DNA of 64,000 bases from an uncultured bacterium (GTDB taxonomy: Bacteria > Fermentibacterota > Fermentibacteria > Fermentibacterales > Fermentibacteraceae). The notes beneath the pieces were generated by a model that made no database searches, was not told the origin of the DNA, and saw only the letters and a list, made by a program, of their open reading frames with translations. Below are positions 1 to 9,100 of the stretch, piece after piece (position 1 is the first letter of the stretch; each line of letters begins with the position of its first letter). The stretch is from assembly GCA_964564435.1 (NCBI GenBank), contig CAZMAT010000004.1, positions 8,928-72,927 on the forward strand. The letters are read 5' to 3'. A program made the position numbers and the translations under genes.

Positions 1-526
1 GGGGGTGGACACCTCGGGCGCTCTCTGCAAGAGCGGCCGTGTTCTGGGGAACGGAACCCGCAGCGACATCGCCGACATCGTCTTCGTGAAGCCGGATACC
101 TTCCAGGCCGCGAACACGAAGCTCATAGCCCGGGAGATCGACTCGTTCAACGCGGCCCTCGCGAAGGAGGGCAGGCCGTACCTGCTGGCAGGTCCCGGCC
201 GCTGGGGATCGTCCGATCCGTGGCTGGGCGTCCCCGTGAACTGGAGCCAGATAAGCGGGGTGAAGGCGATCATCGAGGTCACTCTTCCCGGGATGAATGT
301 CGATCCGTCTCAGGGGTCGCACTTCTTCCAGAACATGACTTCGCTCCGGATAGGATATTTCACGGTGTCGCACTCCGACGCGTCGGAGACGATGGACTGG
401 CAGTGGCTCCTGTCCCTGCCCGCGGCGGGGGAGACCGCATCGGTGAGGCATGTAAGGCTCGAGAATCCCCTGACCGTCATGATAGACGGAAGGAGCGGGC
501 AGGGGCTGGTGCTCAAGCCGCGCTGA
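1..526 (+). CDS. hypothetical protein, 5'-truncated at window start (C-terminal 173 aa)
   Basis: The frame is open from the window edge to a stop at 524-526. Codon usage is GC3-rich like the neighbouring genes. I recognise no diagnostic motif. Confidence 0.4.
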   Translation, partial: GVDTSGALCKSGRVLGNGTRSDIADIVFVKPDTFQAANTKLIAREIDSFNAALAKEGRPYLLAGPGRWGSSDPWLGVPVNWSQISGVKAIIEVTLPGMNVDPSQGSHFFQNMTSLRIGYFTVSHSDASETMDWQWLLSLPAAGETASVRHVRLENPLTVMIDGRSGQGLVLKPR

Positions 527-550
527 GGGAAAGGCGGAGAATCTCCGGAG

Positions 551-1423
551 GTGTCAGTGGAACCCGGCAGGATCGTATCGAAGAAGCCGGCAGGCCCCGA
601 CGTGACGATGTACACGGTGTTCGCGCCCGACATCGCGCGTCGTCGCAGACCCGGCCAGTTCGTGATAGTGAGGATCTCGGAACCCGGCGAGCGCATCCCG
701 CTCACGATCGCGGACGCCGATCCCGGAGCCGGGACCGTGAGCCTCGTCGTGCAGTCCGTGGGCAAGTCCACCAGGCAGATGGCGATGCTCGAGGAGGGCT
801 CGGGCCTGCAGGACATCGCAGGCCCCCTGGGCACGCCGACTCGCATCGAGAAGTTCGGTACCGTGATCTGCTGCGGCGGCGGCATAGGCACGGCGCCTCT
901 GTATCCCATCACGCAGGCGCTTCACGAGGCCGGCAACAGGGTCCTGACCGTGCTGTGCGCCAGGACCGCCGGACTCCTGGTGATGGTGGAGGAGATGGAG
1001 AAGGTCAGCGACGAGGTGCTGGTGATGACCGACGACGGCTCCAGGGGCACGAAGGGGCTTGCCACTGACGGGATCAGGATCGTCGCGGGGCGCGAACCCG
1101 TCGACCATGCCTTCGCCATCGGCCCCCCCGTCATGATGAAGTTCGCGAGCGCCGTCACCAGGGAGCTCGGCATACCCACGACCGTCAGCCTGAACCCGAT
1201 AATGATAGACGGCACCGGGATGTGCGGTTGCTGCCGGGTGACGGTCGGAGGCAGGACTCGGTTCGCCTGCGTCGACGGACCGGAGTTCGACGGGCACCTG
1301 GTGGACTTCGACGAGCTGATGAGGCGGCTTTCTGCGTACAGGGACCACGAGCGCTCGGCCATGGAGCATTTCGAGGGCGGTTGCAGGCTCACCGGATCGG
1401 GGGGACATGGAAGCGAAGGATAG
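551..1423 (+). CDS. nfnA: NfnA/SudB-like subunit (FAD/NAD(P)-binding, C-terminal CGCCR [2Fe-2S] motif; PyrK-like fold)
   Basis: GTG start at 551. Length is 290 aa. It has a GGGIGxAP dinucleotide-binding motif and a C-x-C-C cluster motif near the C-terminus. It overlaps the downstream GltD-like gene by 17 nt. Confidence 0.8.
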   Translation: MSVEPGRIVSKKPAGPDVTMYTVFAPDIARRRRPGQFVIVRISEPGERIPLTIADADPGAGTVSLVVQSVGKSTRQMAMLEEGSGLQDIAGPLGTPTRIEKFGTVICCGGGIGTAPLYPITQALHEAGNRVLTVLCARTAGLLVMVEEMEKVSDEVLVMTDDGSRGTKGLATDGIRIVAGREPVDHAFAIGPPVMMKFASAVTRELGIPTTVSLNPIMIDGTGMCGCCRVTVGGRTRFACVDGPEFDGHLVDFDELMRRLSAYRDHERSAMEHFEGGCRLTGSGGHGSEG

Positions 1424-2867
1424 GCTCGCGATACCGCCCCAGCCCATGCCGGAGCAGGCTCCTTCGGAGAGGGTCGGGAACCTGCGCGAGGTCCCCCTCG
1501 GCTTCACGCCTGAGACGGCGATGGTCGAGGCGAGGCGCTGCCTGCAGTGCAAAAAGGCGTTCTGCACCGAGGGATGCCCCGTGGGAGTGGACATCCCGGG
1601 CTTCCTCGAGGCCGTGGAGAGGGGCGATTTCGCGTCGGGCATCGGGATCATCAGGCGGAGGAACGCGCTCCCCGCCGTCTGCGGCAGGGTCTGCCCGCAG
1701 GAGCAGCAATGCCAGCTCGCCTGCACGGTGGGCAAGTTCCACCACGACCCCGGGAAGTCCGTGAGCATAGGCAGGATCGAGCGCTTCCTCGCGGACTGGG
1801 AGAGGGAGGCCGGGGCGGCCCAGGCTTCCGTCAAGGCTCCGCCCACCGGCAGGAGGGTCGCCGTCATCGGGAGCGGCCCGGCGGGGCTCACCGTGGCGGG
1901 CGACCTCATCCTCCTCGGGCATTCCGTGACTGTGTTCGAGGCCCTCCACAAGGCCGGAGGCGTACTCGTCTACGGCATCCCGGAGTTCAGGCTCCCCAAG
2001 GCCATCGTCAGGCGCGAGGTGGAGCTGCTCGAGAATCTCGGGGTCGAGTTCAGGCTCGACACCATCGCGGGCAGGACCCGCCCCGTGGACGAGCTGGTGC
2101 GCGAGTACGACGCCATGTTCATCGGGTCGGGCGCCGGGCTCCCCAAGTTCCAGGGGATCCCGGGAGAGAACCTCCTGGGGGTCTATTCGGCCAACGAATA
2201 CCTGACCAGGGCCAACCTGATGAAGGCTTACGACTTCCCGGCGGCGGACACCCCGATCCAGAGGGGGAGGACAGTGGTGACGGTCGGGGGGGGCAACGTG
2301 GCGATGGACTGCGCCAGGACGGCCCTCAGGATGGGCGCCGAACGATCCCTCGTCGTCTACAGGAGGTCCGAGGCCGAGATGCCGGCCCGCCGCGAGGAGG
2401 TGCACCACGCCCGGGAGGAGGGCGTCGAGTTCCACCTGCTGGAGAATCCCGTCGAGATCACCGGAGGGCCGAAGGGCTGGGTGGAGGGCGTCAGGATCGT
2501 GCGCATGACCCTCGGCGAGCCTGACTCCTCCGGGCGCCGCAGATCCATCCCGATCGAAGGTTCGGAATTCGTGCAGGAGGCCGACGAGGTGCTGGTGGCG
2601 ATAGGGAACAGCCCGAATCCGCTAGTCCCGTCGTCGTTCCCCGAACTGGAGACCACACGGTGGGGCGGCATAGTCGTGAACGAGGCGACCGGGCAGACCT
2701 CGGTCAGGGGGGTCTTCGCCGGCGGAGACATAGTCCTCGGCGCGGCCACCGTGATCCTCGCGATGGGGCAGGGCCGCATAGCCGCGCGCGCGATGCATGC
2801 ATACCTCTCCACCGGAAGGTGGGAGGGGCTGGAAGAGATAACCGGAGCGGAGGGGGGCCAGAGTTGA
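1407..2867 (+). CDS. nfnB: NfnB/SudA-like, glutamate synthase small-subunit-type NADPH oxidoreductase (2x[4Fe-4S] + FAD + NADPH)
   Basis: 486 aa. Two Cys clusters are present (CLQCKKAFCTEGCP and AVCGRVCPQEQQCQLAC). GSGPAGL and GGGNVAMD Rossmann motifs and a GGDIV motif match GltD/NfnB. Confidence 0.85.
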   Translation: MEAKDRLAIPPQPMPEQAPSERVGNLREVPLGFTPETAMVEARRCLQCKKAFCTEGCPVGVDIPGFLEAVERGDFASGIGIIRRRNALPAVCGRVCPQEQQCQLACTVGKFHHDPGKSVSIGRIERFLADWEREAGAAQASVKAPPTGRRVAVIGSGPAGLTVAGDLILLGHSVTVFEALHKAGGVLVYGIPEFRLPKAIVRREVELLENLGVEFRLDTIAGRTRPVDELVREYDAMFIGSGAGLPKFQGIPGENLLGVYSANEYLTRANLMKAYDFPAADTPIQRGRTVVTVGGGNVAMDCARTALRMGAERSLVVYRRSEAEMPARREEVHHAREEGVEFHLLENPVEITGGPKGWVEGVRIVRMTLGEPDSSGRRRSIPIEGSEFVQEADEVLVAIGNSPNPLVPSSFPELETTRWGGIVVNEATGQTSVRGVFAGGDIVLGAATVILAMGQGRIAARAMHAYLSTGRWEGLEEITGAEGGQS

Positions 2868-3856
2868 AGGGCAGGGTGCTGATAATCGACGACGAAGCCG
2901 AGATAAGGCGCAACCTGACTGTGGGTCTGACCCAGGAGGGGTATGGCGCCACCGCCTGCCCCGACGGCATCTCCGCCATACATGAGCTGAACAGGGCGGG
3001 CACCGCCGGCGAGGGATACGACTTCCTCGTCACGGACATATTCATGCCCGACATCGACGGGATGAAGATCCTCAAGGTCATCAAGAACCAGTACCCCGAC
3101 CTGCCGGTGCTCGTGATCACGGGCTTCGGCGACGACAGGCTGAAGTACACCGCCCTCTCCGAGGCCAACACCGCCTATCTGGACAAGCCCTTCGAGATCG
3201 ACGACCTGGTGCGGGCGCTGGAGTCGCTGTCCCCGGGGGCGGCCACAGGGGCGCCCGAGGCGTCGGCGCACGGGGGCGAACCGGTCGTCAGGGAGTCCGT
3301 GAGCGCCTATCTGACGGTGAGGATCACCGAGCCGGACAGGAGCATGGAGATCTTCAACGACCTGAGGTCCCTGGAGGGCGTCCAGTCATGCGACGCGGTG
3401 CGGGGCGACGTTGACATCATCCTGCTGGGGCAGGCCTCCTCCGAGGAGGGGATCAGGGCGATCTTCTCCCGGGTGGGCGCGGTGCGCGGCGTGGAGGTCG
3501 TCTCCGTCTCGCCCGTCGAGAGACCCAGGCTGGACAGGGACGTCAGCGAGTTCATCGAATCCTACCGCAGGACAGTCAAGGTCCAGACCGGGGCCGAGGC
3601 CAGGAGGCAGCCGGGGACCACCAGCTACATCATAGCGGACATAGACCCGGGCTCGATCCAGAAGATCTTCACCACGGTCTTCTTCATCGACGAGGTGATC
3701 TTCTGCGACGTGATAGACGGCGGCAGGAGGCTGGTCGGGATGATCACGGGGCAGGGGGCCGTGGGCAGGACTCCGAGGATCGTCGAGAAGCTGAGCCAGA
3801 TCGACGGCGTTCTCAGGGTGCGCGAGGCCAGAGTCATCCGACTCGTCGACGAGTAA
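2864..3856 (+). CDS. response regulator with N-terminal receiver domain and two C-terminal RAM (Lrp/AsnC-type ligand-binding) domains, no DNA-binding domain
   Basis: TTG start overlaps the nfnB stop. The receiver motif reads LIIDDE...D...FMPDIDG...KP. The C-terminal half carries two repeats with the AsnC-C-terminal pattern (hydrophobic strand, then GxxDiil, then VxxV). Confidence 0.7.
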   Translation: MKGRVLIIDDEAEIRRNLTVGLTQEGYGATACPDGISAIHELNRAGTAGEGYDFLVTDIFMPDIDGMKILKVIKNQYPDLPVLVITGFGDDRLKYTALSEANTAYLDKPFEIDDLVRALESLSPGAATGAPEASAHGGEPVVRESVSAYLTVRITEPDRSMEIFNDLRSLEGVQSCDAVRGDVDIILLGQASSEEGIRAIFSRVGAVRGVEVVSVSPVERPRLDRDVSEFIESYRRTVKVQTGAEARRQPGTTSYIIADIDPGSIQKIFTTVFFIDEVIFCDVIDGGRRLVGMITGQGAVGRTPRIVEKLSQIDGVLRVREARVIRLVDE

Positions 3857-3872
3857 AGGACCGGGAGCACCT

Positions 3873-4382
3873 ATGGCCCAGGAATCGTTCAACTACAGGC
3901 TGTGGCGGTACGACGGCGCTCCGGGCGAGCTGATCCCGCTGCTCCAGTCGGCCCAGGAGCACTTCGGGTACATCCCCAGGGGCGCGATAAGGCACATCTC
4001 CTCCGTGACGGGGGTGCCCGAGGCGACGATCTACGGCGTCATCACGTTCTACAGCCAGTTCAGGCTGCAGCCGATGGGCCGGTTCGTCATCCGGATCTGC
4101 GACGGGACGGCGTGTCACGTCTCGGCCTCGAGGCAGCTCCTCGACGCTATCAGGGACGAGCTCTCCATCGAGATAGGCGAGACCGACTCCGAGAGCCTCT
4201 TCACGCTCACCACGGTGGCCTGCCTCGGATGCTGCTCCCTCGCTCCGGTGATGATGATCAACGACGAGACATTCGGCAGGCTCACACCGGCCGCCGTGAG
4301 GAAGATCCTGAAGGACTTCCGCCGCCGCCGCGACGCCGAAGGGAACGGATCTGCCGCAACCGGATGCGGGGTGGAGGCATGA
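3873..4382 (+). CDS. NuoE/HydC/StnA-like thioredoxin-fold [2Fe-2S] subunit
   Basis: 169 aa. The CDGTACH and CLGCC cluster motifs are typical of the NuoE 24-kDa family. An ATGA overlap couples it to the next gene. Confidence 0.85.
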   Translation: MAQESFNYRLWRYDGAPGELIPLLQSAQEHFGYIPRGAIRHISSVTGVPEATIYGVITFYSQFRLQPMGRFVIRICDGTACHVSASRQLLDAIRDELSIEIGETDSESLFTLTTVACLGCCSLAPVMMINDETFGRLTPAAVRKILKDFRRRRDAEGNGSAATGCGVEA

Positions 4383-6151
4383 AGAGGATAATCGTCGGAA
4401 TGGGGACATGCGGGCTCTCCGCGGGGGCGCAGGCATCGTACGATGCGCTGAAGCCGCTCGCGGAGGGTTCCGGATGCGAGCTCTCGATCTCCGGCTGCAT
4501 CGGGATGTGCTTCAGGGAGCCGCTGGTCGAGGTGCGCGACGGAGACAGGTGCTTCGTGTACGGAGAGGTCACCCCGGAGAGGGCTGCCGAGATCTGGAGG
4601 CGTCATGTGCAGGGCGGCGAGGTCGTCTCCGACTGGGTGATCCATTCCCGCGGTCCGGGATGCGTGGACGGCGGTACGGAGAAGGACTTCCTCTCGCTCC
4701 AGAAGAGGATCGTCCTGCGCAACTGCGGCATCATCAACCCCGAGTCCATCGCGGAGTACGAGGAGGCCGGCGGCTATGCCGCCCTCCGCAGGGCGCTTTC
4801 CGCGATGACACCCGAATCGATCATCCAGGAGATCAAGGATTCCGGGCTCAGGGGCAGGGGAGGCGGAGGGTTCCCGACCGGGCTCAAGTGGTCCCTCGCC
4901 GCGGCGAACCCCGGTGACGTCAAGTACCTGGTCTGCAACGCGGACGAGGGCGATCCGGGCGCCTTCATGGACAGGTCGGTGCTGGAGAGCGACCCCCACT
5001 CGGTGCTGGAGGGGATGATGATCGCCGCGCGGGCGATCGGGACGGCGACCGGCTACATCTACTGCCGGGCCGAGTATCCGCTCGCGATCAGGCGCCTCGA
5101 GAAGGCGCTCGCCGACGCCCGCGGCCGGGGATACCTGGGCCGGAACATACTGGGCTCCGGCATGGATTTCGACATCACGATAAAGCAGGGTGCCGGGGCC
5201 TTCGTCTGCGGGGAGGAGACCGCCCTCTTCGCGTCGATCGAGGGCGAGCGCGGGATGCCGAGGATCAGGCCGCCGTTCCCGGCGGAGAAGGGCCTCTGGC
5301 GCAAGCCGACGAACAACAACAACGTGGAGACGTACGCCAACGTCCCGTGGATCATCGCGAACGGATCGGCGGCCTTCGCTGCGATAGGCACCGAGAAGAG
5401 CAGGGGGACGAAGGTCTTCGCTCTCGCCGGAAGGGTCGCGAAGGGCGGCCTCGCCGAGGTCCCCATGGGGATGAGCATCAACGACCTGGTCTTCAGGATA
5501 GGCGGAGGCATCAAGCAGGGCAGGGCGTTCAAGGCCGTCCAGATGGGCGGGCCCTCCGGCGGATGCATACCCGCCTCGCTCGGCGACACGCCGGTGGACT
5601 TCGAGAACATCCCCAGGACGGGCGCGATCATGGGCTCGGGCGGGATGGTCGTGCTCGACGACACAACCTGCATGGTGGAGATCGCAAGGTTCTTCCTCGA
5701 GTTCACCCAGAACGAGTCGTGCGGCAAGTGCACGTTCTGCAGGATAGGCACTCTCAGGATGCTGGAGGTTCTCCAGCGCATCACCAGGGGCGAGGGCACG
5801 CCCGAAGACCTGGGCCGGCTGGACGAGCTGGCGAGGAGGATCAAGGAGGCGAGCCTCTGCGCGCTGGGGCAGACCGCACCCAACCCGGTCCTCAGCACGA
5901 TGAGGTACTTCAGGGAGGAGTACGAGGCGCACATAGAGCGCCACTCCTGCCCGGCGGGCAACTGCCTGGCGCTCGTCGAGTTCTCGATCGATCCCGCTCT
6001 CTGCACGGGCTGCACCCTCTGCGCCAGGAACTGCCCGGTGGGCGCGATCGCGGGCGAGAGGAAGCAGCCGCACAGGATCGACAAAGACAAGTGCGTGAAG
6101 TGCGGCAGGTGCATATCCAGCTGCAACTTCGGCGCCGTGAAGAAAGCGTAG
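4379..6151 (+). CDS. NuoF/HydB/StnB-like flavoprotein subunit (N-terminal Trx-like 2Fe-2S domain, FMN/NAD(H) site, C-terminal 2x[4Fe-4S] ferredoxin domain)
   Basis: It has GRGGGGFPTG (FMN), the 51-kDa signature ESCGKCTFCR and a C-terminal CTGCTLCARNCP...CVKCGRCISSC. The longer upstream in-frame extension of the 3902 ORF is Arg/Pro-rich junk. Confidence 0.9.
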   Translation: MKRIIVGMGTCGLSAGAQASYDALKPLAEGSGCELSISGCIGMCFREPLVEVRDGDRCFVYGEVTPERAAEIWRRHVQGGEVVSDWVIHSRGPGCVDGGTEKDFLSLQKRIVLRNCGIINPESIAEYEEAGGYAALRRALSAMTPESIIQEIKDSGLRGRGGGGFPTGLKWSLAAANPGDVKYLVCNADEGDPGAFMDRSVLESDPHSVLEGMMIAARAIGTATGYIYCRAEYPLAIRRLEKALADARGRGYLGRNILGSGMDFDITIKQGAGAFVCGEETALFASIEGERGMPRIRPPFPAEKGLWRKPTNNNNVETYANVPWIIANGSAAFAAIGTEKSRGTKVFALAGRVAKGGLAEVPMGMSINDLVFRIGGGIKQGRAFKAVQMGGPSGGCIPASLGDTPVDFENIPRTGAIMGSGGMVVLDDTTCMVEIARFFLEFTQNESCGKCTFCRIGTLRMLEVLQRITRGEGTPEDLGRLDELARRIKEASLCALGQTAPNPVLSTMRYFREEYEAHIERHSCPAGNCLALVEFSIDPALCTGCTLCARNCPVGAIAGERKQPHRIDKDKCVKCGRCISSCNFGAVKKA

Positions 6152-6157
6152 GCCCTG

Positions 6158-9100
6158 ATGGACACCGTCAAGCTGATCGTCAACGGGACGGAGGTCGAGG
6201 CCCGGCCGGGGCAGACGATTCTGGAAGTGGTCCGCGAGCACGGGCTGGACGACATCCCCACCCTGTGCCACTCCCCGGAGCTGGAACCGTACGGCTCGTG
6301 CTTCGTCTGCGTGGTCGAGGTGAAGGGGAGGCCCGTTCTGGTGCCGTCCTGCGCCACGCGCGTCACCGCGGGGATGGAGGTCGAGACCCGCAACGAGCGT
6401 GTCAGGGCCTCGCGGAAGACGGCCCTGGAGCTCCTCCTGTCCAACCACTACGCCGACTGCGTTTCGCCCTGCAAGCTCGGATGCCCCGCGGGGGTTGACG
6501 TCCAGGGCTATCTGGCCCTCGCCTCGATGGGAGAGACCAGGAAGGCCGTCGACCTGATACGCGAGAGCAACCCCCTCCCCGCCGTGTGCGGCAGGGTCTG
6601 CGTGCGCAAGTGCGAGGCGGTCTGCCGCAGGGCGGACGTGGACAGCCCGGTGGGAATCAATGCGGTGAAGCGCTACCTGACGGATGCGCCAGGCGTCTAT
6701 GACGGCCAGGTCGAGCGCGGGCCGCTCAACGGGAAGAGCGTCGGGATAGTCGGCGGGGGCCCCGCGGGGCTCTCGGCGGCCTGGTTCCTCGGCCGGCGCG
6801 GGTATGCCGTCACGGTCTACGAAGCGATGGAGAAGGCCGGCGGGATGGTGAGGTACGGCATCCCCGAGTACCGGCTGCCCGACGAGGTGCTCGACCGGGA
6901 GATCGACTTCGTGGCCCGCGCGGGCGTCGAGATCAGAACCGGCGTGAAGGTCGGCAGGGACATCCCGTTCGACGAACTGAGACATCTCCACGACGCCGTC
7001 TTCGTCGCGGCAGGGGCATGGGCGAGCAACCCCATGAAGGTCGAAGGCGAGTTCACGACCGCCGGGGTCGTGGGAGGCATCGAGTTCCTGCGCGAGAAGT
7101 ACCACGACAGGTCGCCCATCTCGGGCACCGTCGTCGTCGTGGGCGGCGGGAACACCGCCATGGACGTGGCGAGGACCGCATGGCGCCTCGGAGCCGACAA
7201 GGTGATCCTCCTCTACCGCAGGACGAAGGCTGAGATGCCGGCCGATCCCATGGAGATCGAGGATGCGCTGCACGAGGGGGTGGAGATCATGGAGCTCGCC
7301 GCCCCGGTGGGCATCGGGGCCGTGGACGGAAGGCTCTCCTCCCTGCGCTGCATCAGGATGAAGCTCGGCGAGCCCGACTCCTCGGGGCGAAGGAGACCGG
7401 TGCCGATGGAGGGCTCCGAGTTCGACCTGCCATGCGATCTCGCCGTGGCCGCCATAGGCCAGTCGCCTCTGCTGGAAGGGCTCGCCGGTGCCGGGGGGCT
7501 CCCCGGTACCACGAAGTGGGGCACGGTGAGCGTGGATACGGCCACCATGAAAACCGACGTCGAAGGGGTCTTCGCGGGCGGAGATGCCGCCGACGACGGC
7601 CCGACCGTGGTGATAGACGCGATAGCGGACGGGCGCACGGCCGCCCTGTCGATCCATGCGTTCCTCGGGGGCGGCGATCCGCCGCATCCGTTCATAGTCC
7701 GCAAGGACATGTGGTCCAAACCCGGCAAGGCCGAACTGGGCGACATCGCCGAGAGCCCCCGCCACGAGGTCCACATGCTGCCCGTAGCCGAGAGGGAGGG
7801 CAGCTTCTGCGAGGTGGCGACCGGGTTCGAATGGGAGGATGTCCTCCACGAAGGGGCCAAGTGCCTCTCCTGCGGCTGCCTGAGGTACGACGACTGCGAG
7901 CTGAGGCTGCGCGCGGAGGAATACGGGGCGGATGTGGCCCACTACGCCGGGCATGTCCGGAGGCACAGGCCGGACGACAGGCACCCCCACATCCTCTACG
8001 ATCCCAACAAGTGCGTGCTATGCGGGCGGTGCATAAGGACATGCGCCAGGGTGCTGCCCGTCGCCGCCCTGGGTCTGGTAGGGCGGGGCTTCCGCACGGA
8101 GATGCGGCCCGCGATGAACGACCCGCTGGTGGAGACCAACTGCGTGAGCTGCGGGAACTGCGTCGACGCCTGCCCCACGGGTGCGCTCACGGTCAGGCTC
8201 CCGTATCCCGGTAGGGCGTGCCTCGAGGTCGTAGAGCGGGCGACGCGATGCTCCGTATGTTCGATCCAGTGCCCGGTGAGGGTGATGTCGCACGGATCCG
8301 CCCGCTACTACATCACATCCTCGGGCGTGCCGGGCGACTACCTCTGCAGGTCCGGGCGCTTCGCGAACGAGCTCTACATCTCGAGCAGGCGCATTTCGGC
8401 CCCCTCGGTCAGGCGCGGAGTCGAAACCGTCGTGACCGATGCCTGTTCCGCCGTCCGGGAGGCAGTCACAGGGCTCCGGAAGGCGGCAGCGGAATACGGC
8501 CCCGGAGCCGTGGCGGTCTTCGTGTCGGCCGAATCCACGATCGAGGAGATGCACCTGGCCTCGCGGATCGCCAGGGAGGGCCTCGGGACGGGGAATATCG
8601 GCTCGATCGCCGCGTCGTGCTCGTCATACGACCCGGCTGCCCTGGACGGGATGCTCGGGTTCACCGCCTCGACCGCCGGCCGGGAGGCCCTGGCGCAGGC
8701 CGACCTCGTGATCTGCAGCAACACGAGCCTGGAGGGCGACCATCCCGTGCTGGCCGTCGACATCCTCGAGGCCGTCCGGAAGAGGGGGGCCGGACTCGTC
8801 GTGGTCAACTCGGCCCTGGACGACGCCGACCGCATCCTCTCGCACGCGGTGCTCGACCCCGTAAGAGGTACGGCCTCCGTCCTCTGGGCCGGCATCGTTC
8901 GCAGGCTCGCCGAGACGGGCTCAGTCACGAAGGAGGCGGTCGCGTCCGTCCCAGGCGGGGGAGAGTTCCTATCGAGCCTGGGGCGAACGTTCGAGGAGGC
9001 CTGTGCCACGGCCGGGGTCGATCCCGGCTCTGCCCTGGCGGCAGTCGAGGCGATAGCCGGCGCGTCCCGAATCGTGATCATACACACGCCGGACAGGGCG

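Noticed and set aside
554-2435. Overlapping long minus-strand ORFs (465 aa and 348 aa) across nfnA/nfnB
   Set aside because: Same reasoning: antisense to motif-rich genes, with low-complexity translation.
3902-4378. 159-aa N-terminal extension of the nuoF-like ORF (track start 3902)
   Set aside because: The extension overlaps the nuoE-like gene in another frame and is Arg/Asp-rich junk. The ATG at 4379 with ATGA coupling gives a normal HydB/NuoF N-terminus.
4115-7990. 1291-aa minus-strand ORF antisense to the nuoF-like and stnC-like genes
   Set aside because: Its translation is Arg/Pro/Gly/Ala-rich low-complexity with no motifs. It lies antisense to strongly supported genes, as is typical of high-GC DNA where stop codons are rare in all frames.
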